A DNA stretch of 64,000 nucleotides. Source: Mytilus trossulus (taxonomy: Eukaryota). The stretch covers positions 59,334,001 to 59,398,000 of the forward strand of contig NC_086379.1 of assembly GCF_036588685.1 (NCBI RefSeq), given 5' to 3'. A program made the translations under genes and the position numbers. Under the pieces are notes generated by a model. It saw only the letters and a program-made list of their open reading frames with translations, was not told the DNA's origin and searched no databases. Positions within the stretch are counted from its first letter, which is position 1. The number at the start of each line of letters is the position of its first letter. Below, piece by piece: positions 34,701 to 49,700 of the stretch.

Positions 34701-37700
34701 CTATACCGGGTGATGCGTTTTCAGATTTATCACTCGACAAATTCCTGTTTACCGAACACTTGCATATTTTTACACTATTAATATTATCCACTTGCGGCGG
34801 GGGTATCATCAGTGAGCAGTAGCTCACAGTTTCACTTGTTGAGTCAACATCTATATGGGCAAATCATCCTTTCATTATGAGGTTAAGAGGATTTAGTCTA
34901 CCTAAAAGGGCTTCCGATGCAGGTTTGTTATCTGGACAAGCCTGACAAGTCATGATACCAAGGACTTATTGTTCCGAGCCTGAATCAGATATATATTTGC
35001 TATTTCACATAATTCAGAGTGAAAAAAATGAAGTTTATGCAATCTTTTTGACATGACCTTGCCTTAAACACTCATTTATACATTTTTCATGCCTAAAATG
35101 ACTATATGTGCAGATTTGAGGGTCTATTTATGTATCATCACTGACAAAAAGGGGTCTTATTTCAAAACAGGGTTTGACTCTTGAAAGGGGGTCTGTAAGT
35201 TGAAGTGTCAGTCAAATTCATGGTTTATTCTAAATTTCCCAATTTGATGAAAATAACGCATATTTTCCCAATAAAAAAGTGTAGAGGTAGTTTTGAAAAA
35301 AGTCAACAATATCACTGAAAGTGCTGCTTCCTTATAACAATTGTAAATTGTCTTGCCTCTCTTATGTTAAATGCTTGAGCGCTATGGTTTAGTTTTATGT
35401 ATAGGTGAGACTGGTCAATACATGTATCTTAGATGGCCTTTATTTCGTTTATGTACACTTTGATTTCATTTTACTGATATTAAATTTCATCTTACATTTC
35501 ACAGTAATATAAATGTATATTATTAGAATTCTTCATAAAAAGAATATTGGATAACAGTAAATAATTTTATTTTTATAGTCCTGGTCAGATGCTTTTAAAG
35601 GACAACCAGACCTGAAGGAAGTAGAAAAATGTTATAATGATTTGAAGGGAAAAGGAATAGAATTCCCAATGACAGATCTCGATCATATGGCACCAATTCA
35701 CACACCAAAAAGGGTATGTATAAGTATAGAGAACTTTTAAAATAAAATGAAAAAAACTATAATCAGTATTCCTTTGTAAAATATTTGCATTAGATAATAA
35801 ATAATTTTGTAACGTTGGTAATGAACTTACTGCCAACAAAGATAACTGCTCTCAGTACTAAAACACATTAATGGACTTCAAAGAATATTGACAAAAAGAG
35901 TTAACCTTATGAAGAAATTCAAGAAATCCAATATATTGAGAGAAAAAAGGAGATCATTCAAACCTTACCTCGAAAAAGAGTAGGCTAATGCCGCTACAAG
36001 GCAGCACTCGCACCCTCATAGTGGAAAGGGATTAATATAAGTTGCAAAACTTGTTTCCTAATCCACTATAAATAAATATGTTTAAACTAAACTAAACATT
36101 ACATGAATCCAGGGAGTATCTTTCTTTGACCTCCAAATACTTTCTTCATCTTTGAAGGGCAGTTTCATGAGATGAATTATTCTAGTGAATTATGTAGGAT
36201 AGTTGAGAAATATAAAACTCTGTACACATACAAAACAACAAGCAAAAATAAAAGACTAGAAAAACAATCTTGATCTACCTTGGCATTTTATCATATTTTT
36301 TAGAGTCAACCAGAACCTGAACCTGTTATCAGACAACAAAGACAACCAAGTTTACGAGCAGTGAGTTATCTCCCTTTGTTAAAAAGTTTCCCAACAAACT
36401 AGTGGTCATATCTACCATTTTAAAACTAATATCACATCGTTATTATGCATTCATATTTGTGCAGGGTAAAGGAATATTGACTTTGGATTTCTCAATCCAT
36501 TTTAGTTTTTGATCCATTCAAGATAAACTTTTTTTCAAATTTTTGCAAGAATATTATGGCTGATTTGAAACGTAGGCATGTTATAGGATAAGAAACTGTT
36601 ATTGAAATGAAGTTAACATTTACAGTAATTTACAGGACCTTTCATTTGAATTTGTAAAGATGAAATGAAAGTGAAAATCTTTGAATTATGGATTGTTTGA
36701 CACAGATTGAGGGGAGATAACTGCTAATACCAACCAAAAAAAATGTTCACACTCAAAATATTGATTTTCTTTACTATAATATGTGGAAATAATGGAATCT
36801 AATCTTGGGACTAAATATTTTGAAAATGAAACACACTTCAAACAATTTTCACAAGATTTTTTTTCTTTTCAAAATTACAATAAAGCAAATATTTCTTTTT
36901 TATACGACCGCAAATTTTGAAAAAATTTTCCTCGTATATTGCTATCACGTTGGCGTCGTCGTCGTCGTCGTCCGAATACTTTTAGTTTTCGCACTCTAAC
37001 TTTAGTAAAAGTGAATAGAAATCTATGAAATTTTAACACAAGGTTTATGACCATAAAAGGAAGACTGGTATTGATTTTGGGAGTTTTGGTCCCAACATTT
37101 TAGGAATTAGGGGCCAAAAAGGGCCCTAATAAGCATTTTCTTGGTTTTCGCACTATAACTTTAGTTTAAGTTAATAGAAATCAATGAAATTTTGACACAA
37201 GGTTTATGACCACAAAAGAAAGGTTGGGATTGATTTTGGGAGTTATGGTTTGAACAGTTTAGGAATTAGGGGCCAAAAAAGGGCCCAAATAAGCATTATT
37301 CTTGGTTTTCGCACAATAACTTTAGTTAAAGTAAATAGATATCAATGAAATTTAAACACAATGTTTATGACCACAAAAGGAAGGTTGGTATTGATTTTGG
37401 GAGTTTCAGTCCCAACAGTTTAGGAATTAGGGGCCAAAAAGGGACCCAAATAAGCATTTTTCTTGGTTTTCGCACCATAGCGTTAGTATAAGTAAATAGA
37501 AATCTATGAATTTTAAACACAAGGTTTATGACTATAAAAGGAAGGTTGGTATTGATTTTGGGAGTTTTGGTCCCAACAGTTAAGGAAAAAGGGGCCCAAA
37601 GGGTCCAAAATTAAACTTTGTTTGATTTCATCAAAATTGAATAATTGGGGTTCTTTAATATGCCGAATCTAACTGTGTATGTAGATTCTTAATTTTTGGT

Positions 37701-40700
37701 CCCGTTTTCAAATTGGTCTACATTAAGGTCCAAAGGGTCCAAAATTAAACTTAGTTTGATTTTAACAAAAATTGAAACCTTGGGGTTCTTTGATATGCTG
37801 AATCTAAATATGTACTTAGATTTTTGATTATTGGCCCAGTTTTCAAGTTGGCCCAAATCCAGGTCCAAAATTAAACATTGTTTGATTTCATCAAAAATTG
37901 AATACCTGGGGTTCTTTGATATGCCAAATCTAACTGTGTATGTCGATTCTTAATTTTTGGTCCAGTTTTAAAATTGGTCTAAATTAAAGTGCAAAGGGTC
38001 CAAAATTAAACTAAGTTTGATTTTAACAAAAATTAAATTCTTGGGCCTCTTTGATATGCTGAATCTAAACATGTACTTAGATTTTTGATTATGGGCCCAG
38101 TTTTCAAGTTGGTCCAAATCAGGATCTAAAATTATTATATTAAGTATTGTGCAATAGCAAGTCTTTTCACAGTATTGTGCAATGGCAAGAAATATCTAAT
38201 TTCACAATATTGTGAAATAGCAATTTTTTTTTTAATTAAGAGTTATCTTCCTTTGTCCAGTATAGTAAGTAAGAAATATCTGCAAGAATTTTTTTTAATT
38301 GGAGTTATCTTTCTTTGTCCAGAATCAACTTAAATCTTTGTTATATACAATATACAATGTATATTCACTTTTTACTACCAACTGATAAATTTAAATAATC
38401 TTTACCATTCAGTGATAACAAGCAGTTTTTTTACATCTTAATATTTTATGATGTATTTAAATGAGTAGTAAGTGTTGCAAACTCCATTAGAATATTTTAA
38501 TTGAAATTAGTTTTGGAATAAAGGAAAGGGGGATGTGATTAACAAATTGGGTTCAATTTTTCTCATTTGAAATTTCATAAATAAAAAGAAAATTTCTTCA
38601 AACATTTTTTTGAGAGGATTAATATTCAACAGCATAGTGAATTGCTCTAAGAGAAAACAAAAATTTTAAGTTCATTTGAATACATTCATTCTGTGTCAGA
38701 AACCTATGCTGTGTCAACTATTTAATCACAATCCAAATTTAGAGCGGAATCCAGCTTGAATGTTGTGTCCATACTTGCCCCAACTGTTCAGGGTTCAACC
38801 TCTGCGGTCGTATAAAGCTACGCCCTGCGGAGCATCTGGTTGTCATGTGTGTTGCAGTGCGTTTCAAATTTGACAGTAAACATTATTTAACTTTTCAAAA
38901 TGCTGTTAAAAGTTTAAATGTGCCCACATCTCCTTGTATTCATTTGATAGCATCTTAATGAGACATATATCGTTCAGCATACTGTTTGGTTCTTATAAAT
39001 GATAATTTTTCCATGCAGATGAAATATGTTGTAAGAGAAGAAATTCAGGTTTGGTTTGTTTGAATTGTTGTTGATGCATGTATCTTATTAGTAAAAATCT
39101 ATCAGCTCTTTTATCCCAAAACAACGATTGAAAGTAGTCCCTTTCCGTTTTCTATTCGTCTTGTTTGGTGTCGATCTCTACCATAGGTTCAATAAATAAT
39201 ATTGGAAAGTTTAAAAAAAAAAAAAGAATAATAAAATCTAGGATAGAAAACATTCAAGGTACTAGAAATTTTTGACTACTTGATCTTTTCTTTGACAATA
39301 AAGTTGTAAATTTTGGCTGAGTTTATATGTGCTACCATGAAGGAAAGTTTTAATGGTGGGTAACAATCTATCATTAGGGCTGTTCCAGAAAATACTATGT
39401 CCCCTCCAGGGACGGCACTTTTTTTTAACCCCCACCACCCACAGAAATAAAATTAAATTAGAACAGCACTCCCTTTGCATTTTGGTATTTCAAATACAAC
39501 CACCCACATAATATTTAAAAAAATTGCCTTCCCTGGGGGGGACATAGTATTTTCTGGAACAGCCCTTATGACATTCATTTATAGGATAGAAAACATACTG
39601 AGATTTGAAATTTGAAGCTGATGATCAATATGTAAATAATAGATATTTGTAGTAACAACTGAAAAAAAAATGTCCCCAAGCTTGCAAGATTTGTGATACA
39701 TCTTATTGAATATTGTTATTTGTTAGTGAAAGTTGCATGTTATGCTTCATACATTTCATGGTTTCATACAACAAATCTGTAGGAATGTTATTTGTGAGTG
39801 AAAAAAAGCATGTGCAGGTTAAAACTTTTTTTTTCATTTGAAATTTATAATTTTATTTGTATCAGGGGGGAGTTTACATTTGTAACTTTATACATTTAGG
39901 AGTCAATAATGTATTTTAAGCTTGTGAAGACAGACATAGAATGGGTTATTATTGAAGAAATTCAGGAATTCAAAATGGTTAATTGAATTGTATGCTCTGG
40001 TTGTACATTGTATGTTCTGGTTGTACATTGTATTGTGCTTAATCCACAAAGTCTACTTTAAGATGTTATATAAAGCTTCAAAGAATTTTATCAACTTGTA
40101 ATATTTTAATTTCAGAATACGTGTATATCATTTAAACTCAGTCGTCTAAATATGTTTTTCTTTCTTTCTATGAAATGTTTATGTCAAATCATACAAAATT
40201 ACAGGAGCAAATATATTTGAAGAAAAAACTAGTAAATAGACAAAAACACAATCGCTTTAAGAACTTTTAAAAGAAACTAAATTGTGTATGGGCATTTATA
40301 GCTGATTATATTTACATCATTCTTTGTAACTGTTTGTAGGACCAACCACCACAAATGGCGCAAATACCAGTAGTGCCAGCAGGTCCCATTAATCCAACTA
40401 CTGAACAAATGGCAAAGTTAAAAAGTGAACTAACTGTTGTCAACGCAAATATTAAAGTAATGGGAGACATGTTAACAGAACTTGATCCATCAAGTGTAGA
40501 TCCATCAGATTTAGAATTACTACAGGTAACTAATTATATGATGTGTAACTTCTGCATGTAATGCATAGACCTTGTAAAAAGACTTAATCCATTCAGTATA
40601 AATCAGTCAAATAAAGGGAGATTTTACTCTGTATTTGCTTTCAAAATGCAAGTGCATTCTATTGTCATGCGCTGTCAAAAGAAGAGACCAATAATGCTTT

Positions 40701-43700
40701 CTGGTTGTGCATCTAAAATAAGATTGAGAATGAAAATGGGTAATGTATCAAAGAGACAACAGCCCGACCATAGAAAAAAAAAACAGCAGAAGGTCACCAA
40801 CAGGTCTTCAATGTAACAAGAAATTCATGCACCCGGAGCCGTCCTTCAGCCAGCCCCTAAACAAATATATACTAGTTCAGTGATAATGAATGTCATACTA
40901 AATTCCAAATTGTACACAAGAAAGTAAAATTAAAATAATACAAGACTAACAAAGACCAGAGGCTCCTGACAGACGCAAAAATGCGGCGGGGTTAAACATG
41001 TTTATGAGATCTCAACCCATCCCCTATACCTACTACTATAAGAAACTAAAATTAAAATAATACAAGACTAACTATCTGTATATAAGTCTGTCCATCCATC
41101 CATCTTGATAAAAAAAAAGTTAAATTTTGGTGCAAGGTTGTTTATGATAAAGATTTTTAAAAGTAGACTTTGGTAAATATTTTGTTGTGAGAACAAATAT
41201 CGTGTTTAAAATCAGTAAAATAATTTTAACAAATGTTTACTACAGCTATATTTTATGATTTTGTAAACATCCAGTATTTATAAGAAGAAAACATTCACAA
41301 CCAAAGTTGTCACAAAATTATTTTTAACAATAAAGGTCAGCATATAGACATCTCAATCTGATTTGTGTGTCTGGATGATACCAGAACTGATTGAATGCTA
41401 TGCAATTGGAATTAAAGACTCCAATATTGAAGTCATAGTCAATTTTTTAATGGTAAATAATGCTAGTTTAGCTCATTTTGGACACCAGTAGTCCAGTACA
41501 CCCCTTATTAAATATGGACATACATGATATCCATATTATCAGTGGAATGACTAATTAAATACTAAATAGTATATTTTATTGTTTCCTTGCAGGAATTGAA
41601 TCGTACAAACAGACAAATGCAGCAAAGATTAGTAGATTTATTAGATAAAATAGCAAATGAAGAAGTTACTAGTAAGTTAAATACTGTTAACAAACTTAAT
41701 TTCCTGGATACAGTTTTTGCATTAACCTGACCTGTAATCTAAATCTAACCTTGGACTGTGATGTCACAGAAAATCATTCAAACAAATTAAAAATTAGTTC
41801 AAAAGGGAGGGGGACTCATCAGATCAGTACATAGCACAAACATAACTAACAAAAGGACAATAGACACAAAGCACACGTTTATGAGTACTCAAAGTTACCA
41901 AAAGCTAGTTCAAGTCCATTTTCTAAATAATAGATAAACCATGGTTTCCCCTAACTAAAATGTCAATCAATATCTAATGGATTTAATGTTAAGACAGACA
42001 GACTGAAAAAAAACATAGTTTAAGCACTAAGTTTTTGTCCTTTATATTTCAGATGAACTTCTGAGAGTGAATGATGATATAAATAATGTATTTTTACGGT
42101 ATGAAAGATTTGAACGTTATAGAACTGGCCAATCACAAACAGACCTGAAAAAATTAGATACACCAACTACAGAACCAGTTATGTCTCCACCTTCATATAA
42201 TCAGGTAAGATCTAATTAGTATTTGAACCTATTATACACTCTCTTGTTATGTGTGGGATATACTGAAATCACTCTGTCCATCTGTTGGTCCAACAAATAT
42301 AGTTTTTTTTGCAGTCGGAGAAACTATGATGTCATATTTAGTCAGCAGCAGGACAGTGATAAGTTGTATAATGTCAGATACCTACTTTTTGTTTTCCCAT
42401 TCTTTGAATTTTCAATATGTTGAATGATCAGTCTCTGATATTATTGAACAGAATGTCTTCAAATAAGGGCAGCAGTTTAACAGTGATAGGTTGAAAGGTG
42501 TTTCTTGTGAGGCCTGATTACCAATACTTTGAATATTTTTTTTCGTCAGGGTATACTAAAGCATTACAACCAGTCCTTTCCTGTTTTAAACATACTGTTA
42601 TTCTTAATATAGATAATTTTTCATTTGGATTTTTTTACCAGAATCTCATTTGGTAGGCAGGAAACACCTATATGTATAATATTTCTCAGAGGTGATTGAA
42701 TGATTACAGTGCATTCAGTTATAAAATATTATACAGTATGTATTAGGCATCTTTTAAATGACCAGAATTTTTATTTTTTAGGTAGAAGATGCATCAAATC
42801 CACCTATTGCTAATCTGATAGATCTGGGAGACGATGGAATGGTACAGGCACCTGGTCACTTACCACCTATAAATACACAGATGCAGAATATGAGTAAGTT
42901 TACTGCCTATAGATCATAAGTCATATGTTGTTTTTTTACTCACTGTAAGTCAAAATGATGGTATTTAGCGATGCTGATTCATTCAATGATGATTTAACTT
43001 CTAGTGGTTGAAATTATAAAAAAGAAGATGTGGTATCATTGCCAATGAGACAATTATCCACAAAAGACCAAAATGACACAAACATTAACAATTATAGGTC
43101 ACTGTACGGCTTTCAACAATGAGCAAAGCCCATACCGCATATAGTCAGCTATAAAAGGCCCTGATAAGACAATGTAAAACAATTCAAGCTAGAAAACTAA
43201 CAGCCTTATTTATTTTTAAAAAATGAACGAAAAACAAATATGTAACACATAAACAAACGACAACCACTGAATTACAGGCTCCTGACTTGGGACAGAGTTT
43301 AGTAGAATGTATGTTGTGTCTATTTGTTTTCTTTAATACTAAGCTGACTCTTAATCAAGTTTATTCATAAGTATGATTTGTTATACCCCCGCTTTAAAAA
43401 AGGGGGGGTATACTGTTTTACCTCTGTCTGTCCGTCCGTCAGTCCGTCCGTCAGTCAGTCCGTCCCATGAAACTTTCGTCACATTTTTCTCAGGAACTAC
43501 AATACAAGGATTTCTGAAATTTGGTTTCAGGGTTTATCTAAGTCAGCTATACTGTGTGATGCATTTTCAGATTGATCACTTGACAACTTCCTGTTTACCG
43601 AACACTTGTATGATTTTACACATGATAGCCAAGTTGAAAATTTTCGTTACATTTTTCTCAGGAACTACAATTCAAGGATTTCTGAAATTTGGTTTCAGGG

Positions 43701-46700
43701 TTTATCAAAGTCAGCTATACCGTGTGATGCGTTTTCAGATTGATCACTTGACAACTTTCTGTTTACCGAACACTTGTATGAATTTACACATGATAGCCAA
43801 GTTGAAAATTTTCGTCACATTTTTCTCAGGAACTACAATACAAGGATTTCTGAAATTTGGTTTCAGGATTTATATAAGTCAGCTATACCGTGTGATGCGT
43901 TTTCAGATTCATCACTCGACAACTTCCTGTTTACCGAACACTTGTATCATGTTACACATGATAGCCAAGTTGAAAATTTTCGTCACATTTTTCTCAGGAA
44001 CTACAATACAAGGATTTCTGAAATTTGGTTTCAGGATTTATATAAGTCAGCTATACCGTGTAATGCGTTTTCAGATTCATCACTTGACATCTTCCTGTTT
44101 ACCGAACACTTGCATATTTTTACACTATTAATATTATCCACTTGCGGCGGGGGTATCATCAGTGAGCAGTAGCTCGCAGTTTCACTTGTTATTATTATTT
44201 CAACAAAATAAAAATTTGATTGTCACATAATAAGATTAAGTGCTATCTGATATTCCTTTATAAATATATAGTGACATGGGTTAAAAAGGAAAATAGACTT
44301 TTATTTTGTTTTATTGAAACTTTTTGGAATATATGTTGTTTTGTGAATGACATAGATTGATTCTATGAGTGGTTATATTATTTTCAAACTGACTTTTCTT
44401 GGTACCTTGTATGAACTAAGGTTGTTGTCTCTTTGAAATATTCCCCATTTCCATTCTCAATTTTATTGATTATTTTGAATTAACCTATTACTTTACTTCA
44501 GACATTGGTTCCAATACTACACCCAAACAAAGTGATGATTTTGACATGTTTGCTCAATCACGACAATCTTTTGAACAGAATAAAGTCAAAACACAAGGGT
44601 AAGCTATTTCAATGGTATTCAGATATATTCTTGAAGTTATATTTAGAAAAATACAACAAATTGATTTTAAGAAATGAAATCTTTCATGTTAGTTACTCAT
44701 TAAAAACTACTTATAGTGTTCACAAACAAATTACATGAATTTAGTGATTGAAAATAGTCTTTCTTTGCCGAGTTGAGTTAACTTTCATTAAAAAAACATA
44801 TATGAAGCACCAAAAAGGTAATTGGTTAAGAGGTCTTCAATATCGTAAAGAACATCATATTTCACTGAAAACAGTTCATGCATCTAAATGTATTATGAAT
44901 GTTCTATGTATGTTACAGTGCATATGCTAACCAACAAGAGGACCAGTTTACTGGTGGTGGGTTAGGCCAGGCTGTCGCTGCCAAATCAGGGGTAATTATT
45001 TTATACATATTGTAAAAAGTTCATATTAATATTATTTTTAATTTTAAAGCTAATTGTTATATTTATCATATTATATCTAGCACAATCTCACAATCAGCAG
45101 ATTATCCTCAGATGAAAACAAATTTTGAAGGCTTCAATGAAAGTTCAAATAACCATTGATGACTATCCCTTAAGCATTATTGATTATTCAGGTAAATCAG
45201 ATTTTCCATGAGTAATCAATTAGAATATATAAAAGAAAAATATTCAGTGCCATACAGTTTTTCATTACTTTGTTAAAAACAAAATTCAAAAAAATTTCAT
45301 ATGAAAATTCAATATATACAACGTTCTAAAATATGTATTACAAATAGAACTCATCTAAGTTTTGGATACCAAACTAAGAATCTCTTTTTACTCATTCCTA
45401 ATTTTTATGACATTGAAACAAGCAACAACCAATCCAATATTTTTTTTTATAAAACTTAAAAATATTAGGTTTATATTTATATTTATGTTATAAAAAAAAA
45501 TGCTTCGCAAAGACAGCAATTCCCTGGCAAACTTCACTGTTCAATTAACATTCTGTGGATTCATTAATTCAGTGGAAACCAATTGACATGGATTTAGAAA
45601 AAAAATGTATTTTTGTTGATATTTGATTTCATGGAAGTAACAAAGTTAGAAATTTCTACTTTGTTATCTTTACCCTCAAAATCTACAAATAAAGGGATCC
45701 AAAGAATAATAATCAATCCACAGAAGTTGTATAAATATTAAACTTTAACTGATACAAGTCTATTGAACTGACAAACTTAAATGGTGGATGGTGCTATTTT
45801 AAGTGATCTCTAATCATATGATTATCATGTGATCTTGATTATAACAGGCCTCAGAGGAGGAGACATTACAGGTAACATTCAGAGTTCTCTCTCTTATCTG
45901 TCATTCACATAATCAGTTAGACTATCTTTAAGTTTGCATGTAGGGAGACAATCACAACTCTTAGATAATTTATTAAATTTAGATAAATGATGGCTGAATA
46001 TAATTATTGTTTCCACTACAACTTTTAGACCAGTAAATTAATTACATATACATGTATATAAAGAAAAATAAGGGGGCTGGAATAGCAGTTTCAAGCCATA
46101 TCTATGTCTTAACTAAGGATCTTTTAAACCAATGCTTTTCAAATTTTATTATATTGTTACTGATGAAAAAAAATGAGGTATGGTTCATTAGTGAAGATTT
46201 TCAGTTTTGTCTTTTATCAGAAATAAACTAGATATGGCTAATACATTTGAAAGAGCCATACTGTTACCAGCTTCTTAGTGGATTCAAACTGTGAAATAAA
46301 TTGATTTTTGTCACAAAATTTCACAAAAGTTTCATAGATATACCAAATTCAGTCATCTTAAAGTTATCTGAGATTGTTGTTATGGAATGGTTATAGAACC
46401 ACACTGCTTGTTACAATGCTTGTTGCTGATGGTTTATATATCAACAGGAGCTTAAAAGTTGCAAGTTAATAAGACAGTTTTTTTTCTAACCCAAATAAAT
46501 CAAAAACACCACTTTTTTTCTTTCAAAACTGCAAATAATTTTCTATATTTTCTGTTATTTCACTATTAAACTTTCTGACTTTTGTGTAACTCCATTATAA
46601 TTCTTTTAGATTTTTTTCACTCCACTGAAATACTTTTAGACTAACTGTAGTACTTTATATAACAAATGTATCTGCATTTTGTGACAAGTCACATGTACAC

Positions 46701-49700
46701 AGTATAATTAACTATCTATATATATTCTTAGCTATGACAGTTATATGTAATTGTGTATTAGTTTACTATTCACCGTTAAATGCAATTCAATTTCAATCTG
46801 CATTCAGTGTTCATCTTAAGCACATGACAAACTTCTGTTATAAAACTGTATGTATACTTACACTTATTTTAAGTTGTAAATGAGTGTGTTTTACATATTA
46901 GAAAGTAATGATAATACAATTGTAGCTTACTTAAGTTGAATATTTTTTTATAAAGCACAAGTTTCAAGTTTATTTTCTTCTTTTTTTTCCGCCACGTTTA
47001 TGCTGATTTTTACTGTATTAATGACAATGACTGAAACATACAGCTATCAATATTTTTCAGCAAGTTTTTACATGGCATGATACACAGATAATATATTTAG
47101 AAGATTAGATGCATGTGTTAATCTGTTTTCTTTTGTTATGTAGGAATTAAACAAAGAATTTGGTAATGTTAATAAGGTTAGTGTTGTAACATTAGACATT
47201 TTGAATGTTTGTATTCTTTCTTTGACTGTTTGATTTTCAGGATAGAATTATCAAAGTGTACTTATATTGTCTGTAGATAATCAGGTTTGAAACATTTTAG
47301 GTTACTTTTTACTCACATGTTATATTTCTTGGTATTTAATCATGTATTAAGAATCTATTGCTTTTTTGCAGGAATCTTTTGTCTGTCTTTCTGGTCCTAA
47401 TCAAACGTTGAAGAAATGACATATTTAGTGACAATGCTAAAAATACCTTTAATGCAAAGTAAAACTGCCAAGTTGGAAGCTGAAATTTTTGTTTCTGACA
47501 GGATGAAATTAAAAAGCCATCAAGTTTTGAAGCTATTGAAGCCTGTTATCAAAGAGCATTTCTCTTACAGACCTATTTTATGGGAGTTAACATTCAACTA
47601 TTATTTTTGTTCTAACAGTCTTTCAGCAGATATGAATTTGTTCTTAAATTTTCCTCATTATTAATGGGTAAATTGGTTTGTAAATCAATATCCTAGAGCT
47701 CTTCAGTCAGAAACCAATATGAGATCACACAGGCTTTTATTGCAATGCATGTATGCTAGCATGGGTAAAGAACACCATCATTGATAATCAGAGATTACAA
47801 TTACTTTTATGATCCTTTTCATTGATATATTTAATCGTATGTAAGTCATAAATACTAAGTTTTACTCTGTATTTTTCTGTCAATGCCTTCGATTTACCCA
47901 TATCAGGAGTTTTTCTTAAAATACAAAAAGTAGAATCAAGAGGAACGTAGATCATGCACACATCAACAGTTTTATATATGAAGTTGTAAAGCAGGTGTTT
48001 TAAATCATAACATGAGAAATCAAATTCTTAAAACATTTATTGCATTACTTAAACACTGATTTAAAGTTTATATCTTTTTTGAGGGAGAAGCAGACTTAAT
48101 GTTTTACTTGTATTTATATGCAAATTAAAGAAAATATTTGAAAAAAATGTAATTGGCTAGGTCTTTTATATCCTACTTTTATATTGATAATGTTACTATA
48201 GAACAAACGAAAAGCTTTGTAATCATATTGAAACCAAGGATGGTCACTTTGGAAACCATATGATTAAAGAGTAACAAAACCTAATTTATGTACAAAATAT
48301 AGATTCCTTTTCCAACAATTTATCTCAAATTGTCTGATAAACAATGGTATTCTAGTTTTGAGAACTTTTGATTGAGTAAGAATGACACGTAACACTAGTT
48401 TATGTTGCAGCTTTTCTATAAAAGCATGCAAGGAAAACCTTTGATTAACATGCTTGCTGATTGTTTGGATGTTTGCAAACAACAGGTAGACAGTCTGTTT
48501 CAGTCTGTTTACTATATACTGGAATTTGATTGGGCAATAAACATTAACTTCATTTTAAGGTTAAGTTCCACATTATATGTTATTTTGTTTTTGTCCAATC
48601 AAATCCCAGTATACATTATACAGACAGAAACTCTGCCTACCTATTGTTTGCAAACATCAAAACAAACAAAGCAAGCAAGTCCATAAAAGTTTTGTTTTGC
48701 ATGCTTTCATAGAAAAGCTGTAATTGTTCACAGAGTTTACAAGTATTATTTTCAAATCTTTTTACAGTTGCAGAGTAAAGATACAGATTATGATGAAATG
48801 GAACAGTGGCTAACATCTGATCAGAAAAAAGATGTATGTTTTTCAATTCACTGCTCTTAATTTTCAGTTTTACAAATAGAAGAAAAAACAAAATGAAAAC
48901 ATCTTTGACCACCAGTAGATTAGTGCTAGTGGACCATCTTTAATGAATACATCATATCCCTTCTATTTCTGTTCTGTGAAGAGAATAAAATTAATCACAA
49001 ACAAAAATAGACATTACAACAGACAACATAAATCAACATCACCTGAATCCTTCCAAAAAATATGTAATAACAACATAGAACAACACATGATTCAGATAGC
49101 TGGACTTGATATTGCCACTTATTTTTATGCCCCACCTACAATAGTAGAGGGGCATTATGTTTTCTGGTCTGTGGGTCCGTTCATCTGTCCATACTTCCGT
49201 CTGTTCGTTCATTCGTCTGTCCAGTTTCAGGTTAAAGTTTTTGGTCGAGGTAGTTTTTGATGAAGTTCCTGGCCCACTGAACATAGAAAATGATAGTGGG
49301 AGTGGGGCATCCATGTTCTGGGGATACATTCTTGTTATGGGCTTAAACCAACAGACTAATCTCCAGTATCTGATAAAATGACCTGTGAAAGTTCACATCT
49401 TTGTACTTTGGTCTCTTCTGAATAGTTTTCTCATTGGCTCTATAGCACATCTACATATTTTTACACTGATACACATATATTTGATAATGTCAGTTGGCCT
49501 GTGGTAATATTATGTTTGTTTGTATTAAATTAACTAGACACCTGAATTATGGTCAGTGAAGACAAAAATATTTGCAAAATCATCCTCTAATATAAGTTTT
49601 TAGTGGTAGATGATATGACATATCAAATTTGGCTATGACCTAATACAATTTAGTTTCTATGAATATGTTTTTAATTTATACATTTGTAGTTAATGTTAAC

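Noticed and set aside
34374-44172. 135-, 252- and 132-aa ORFs with 56-aa repeats
   Set aside because: Translations of the 168-bp internal units of HINE elements.
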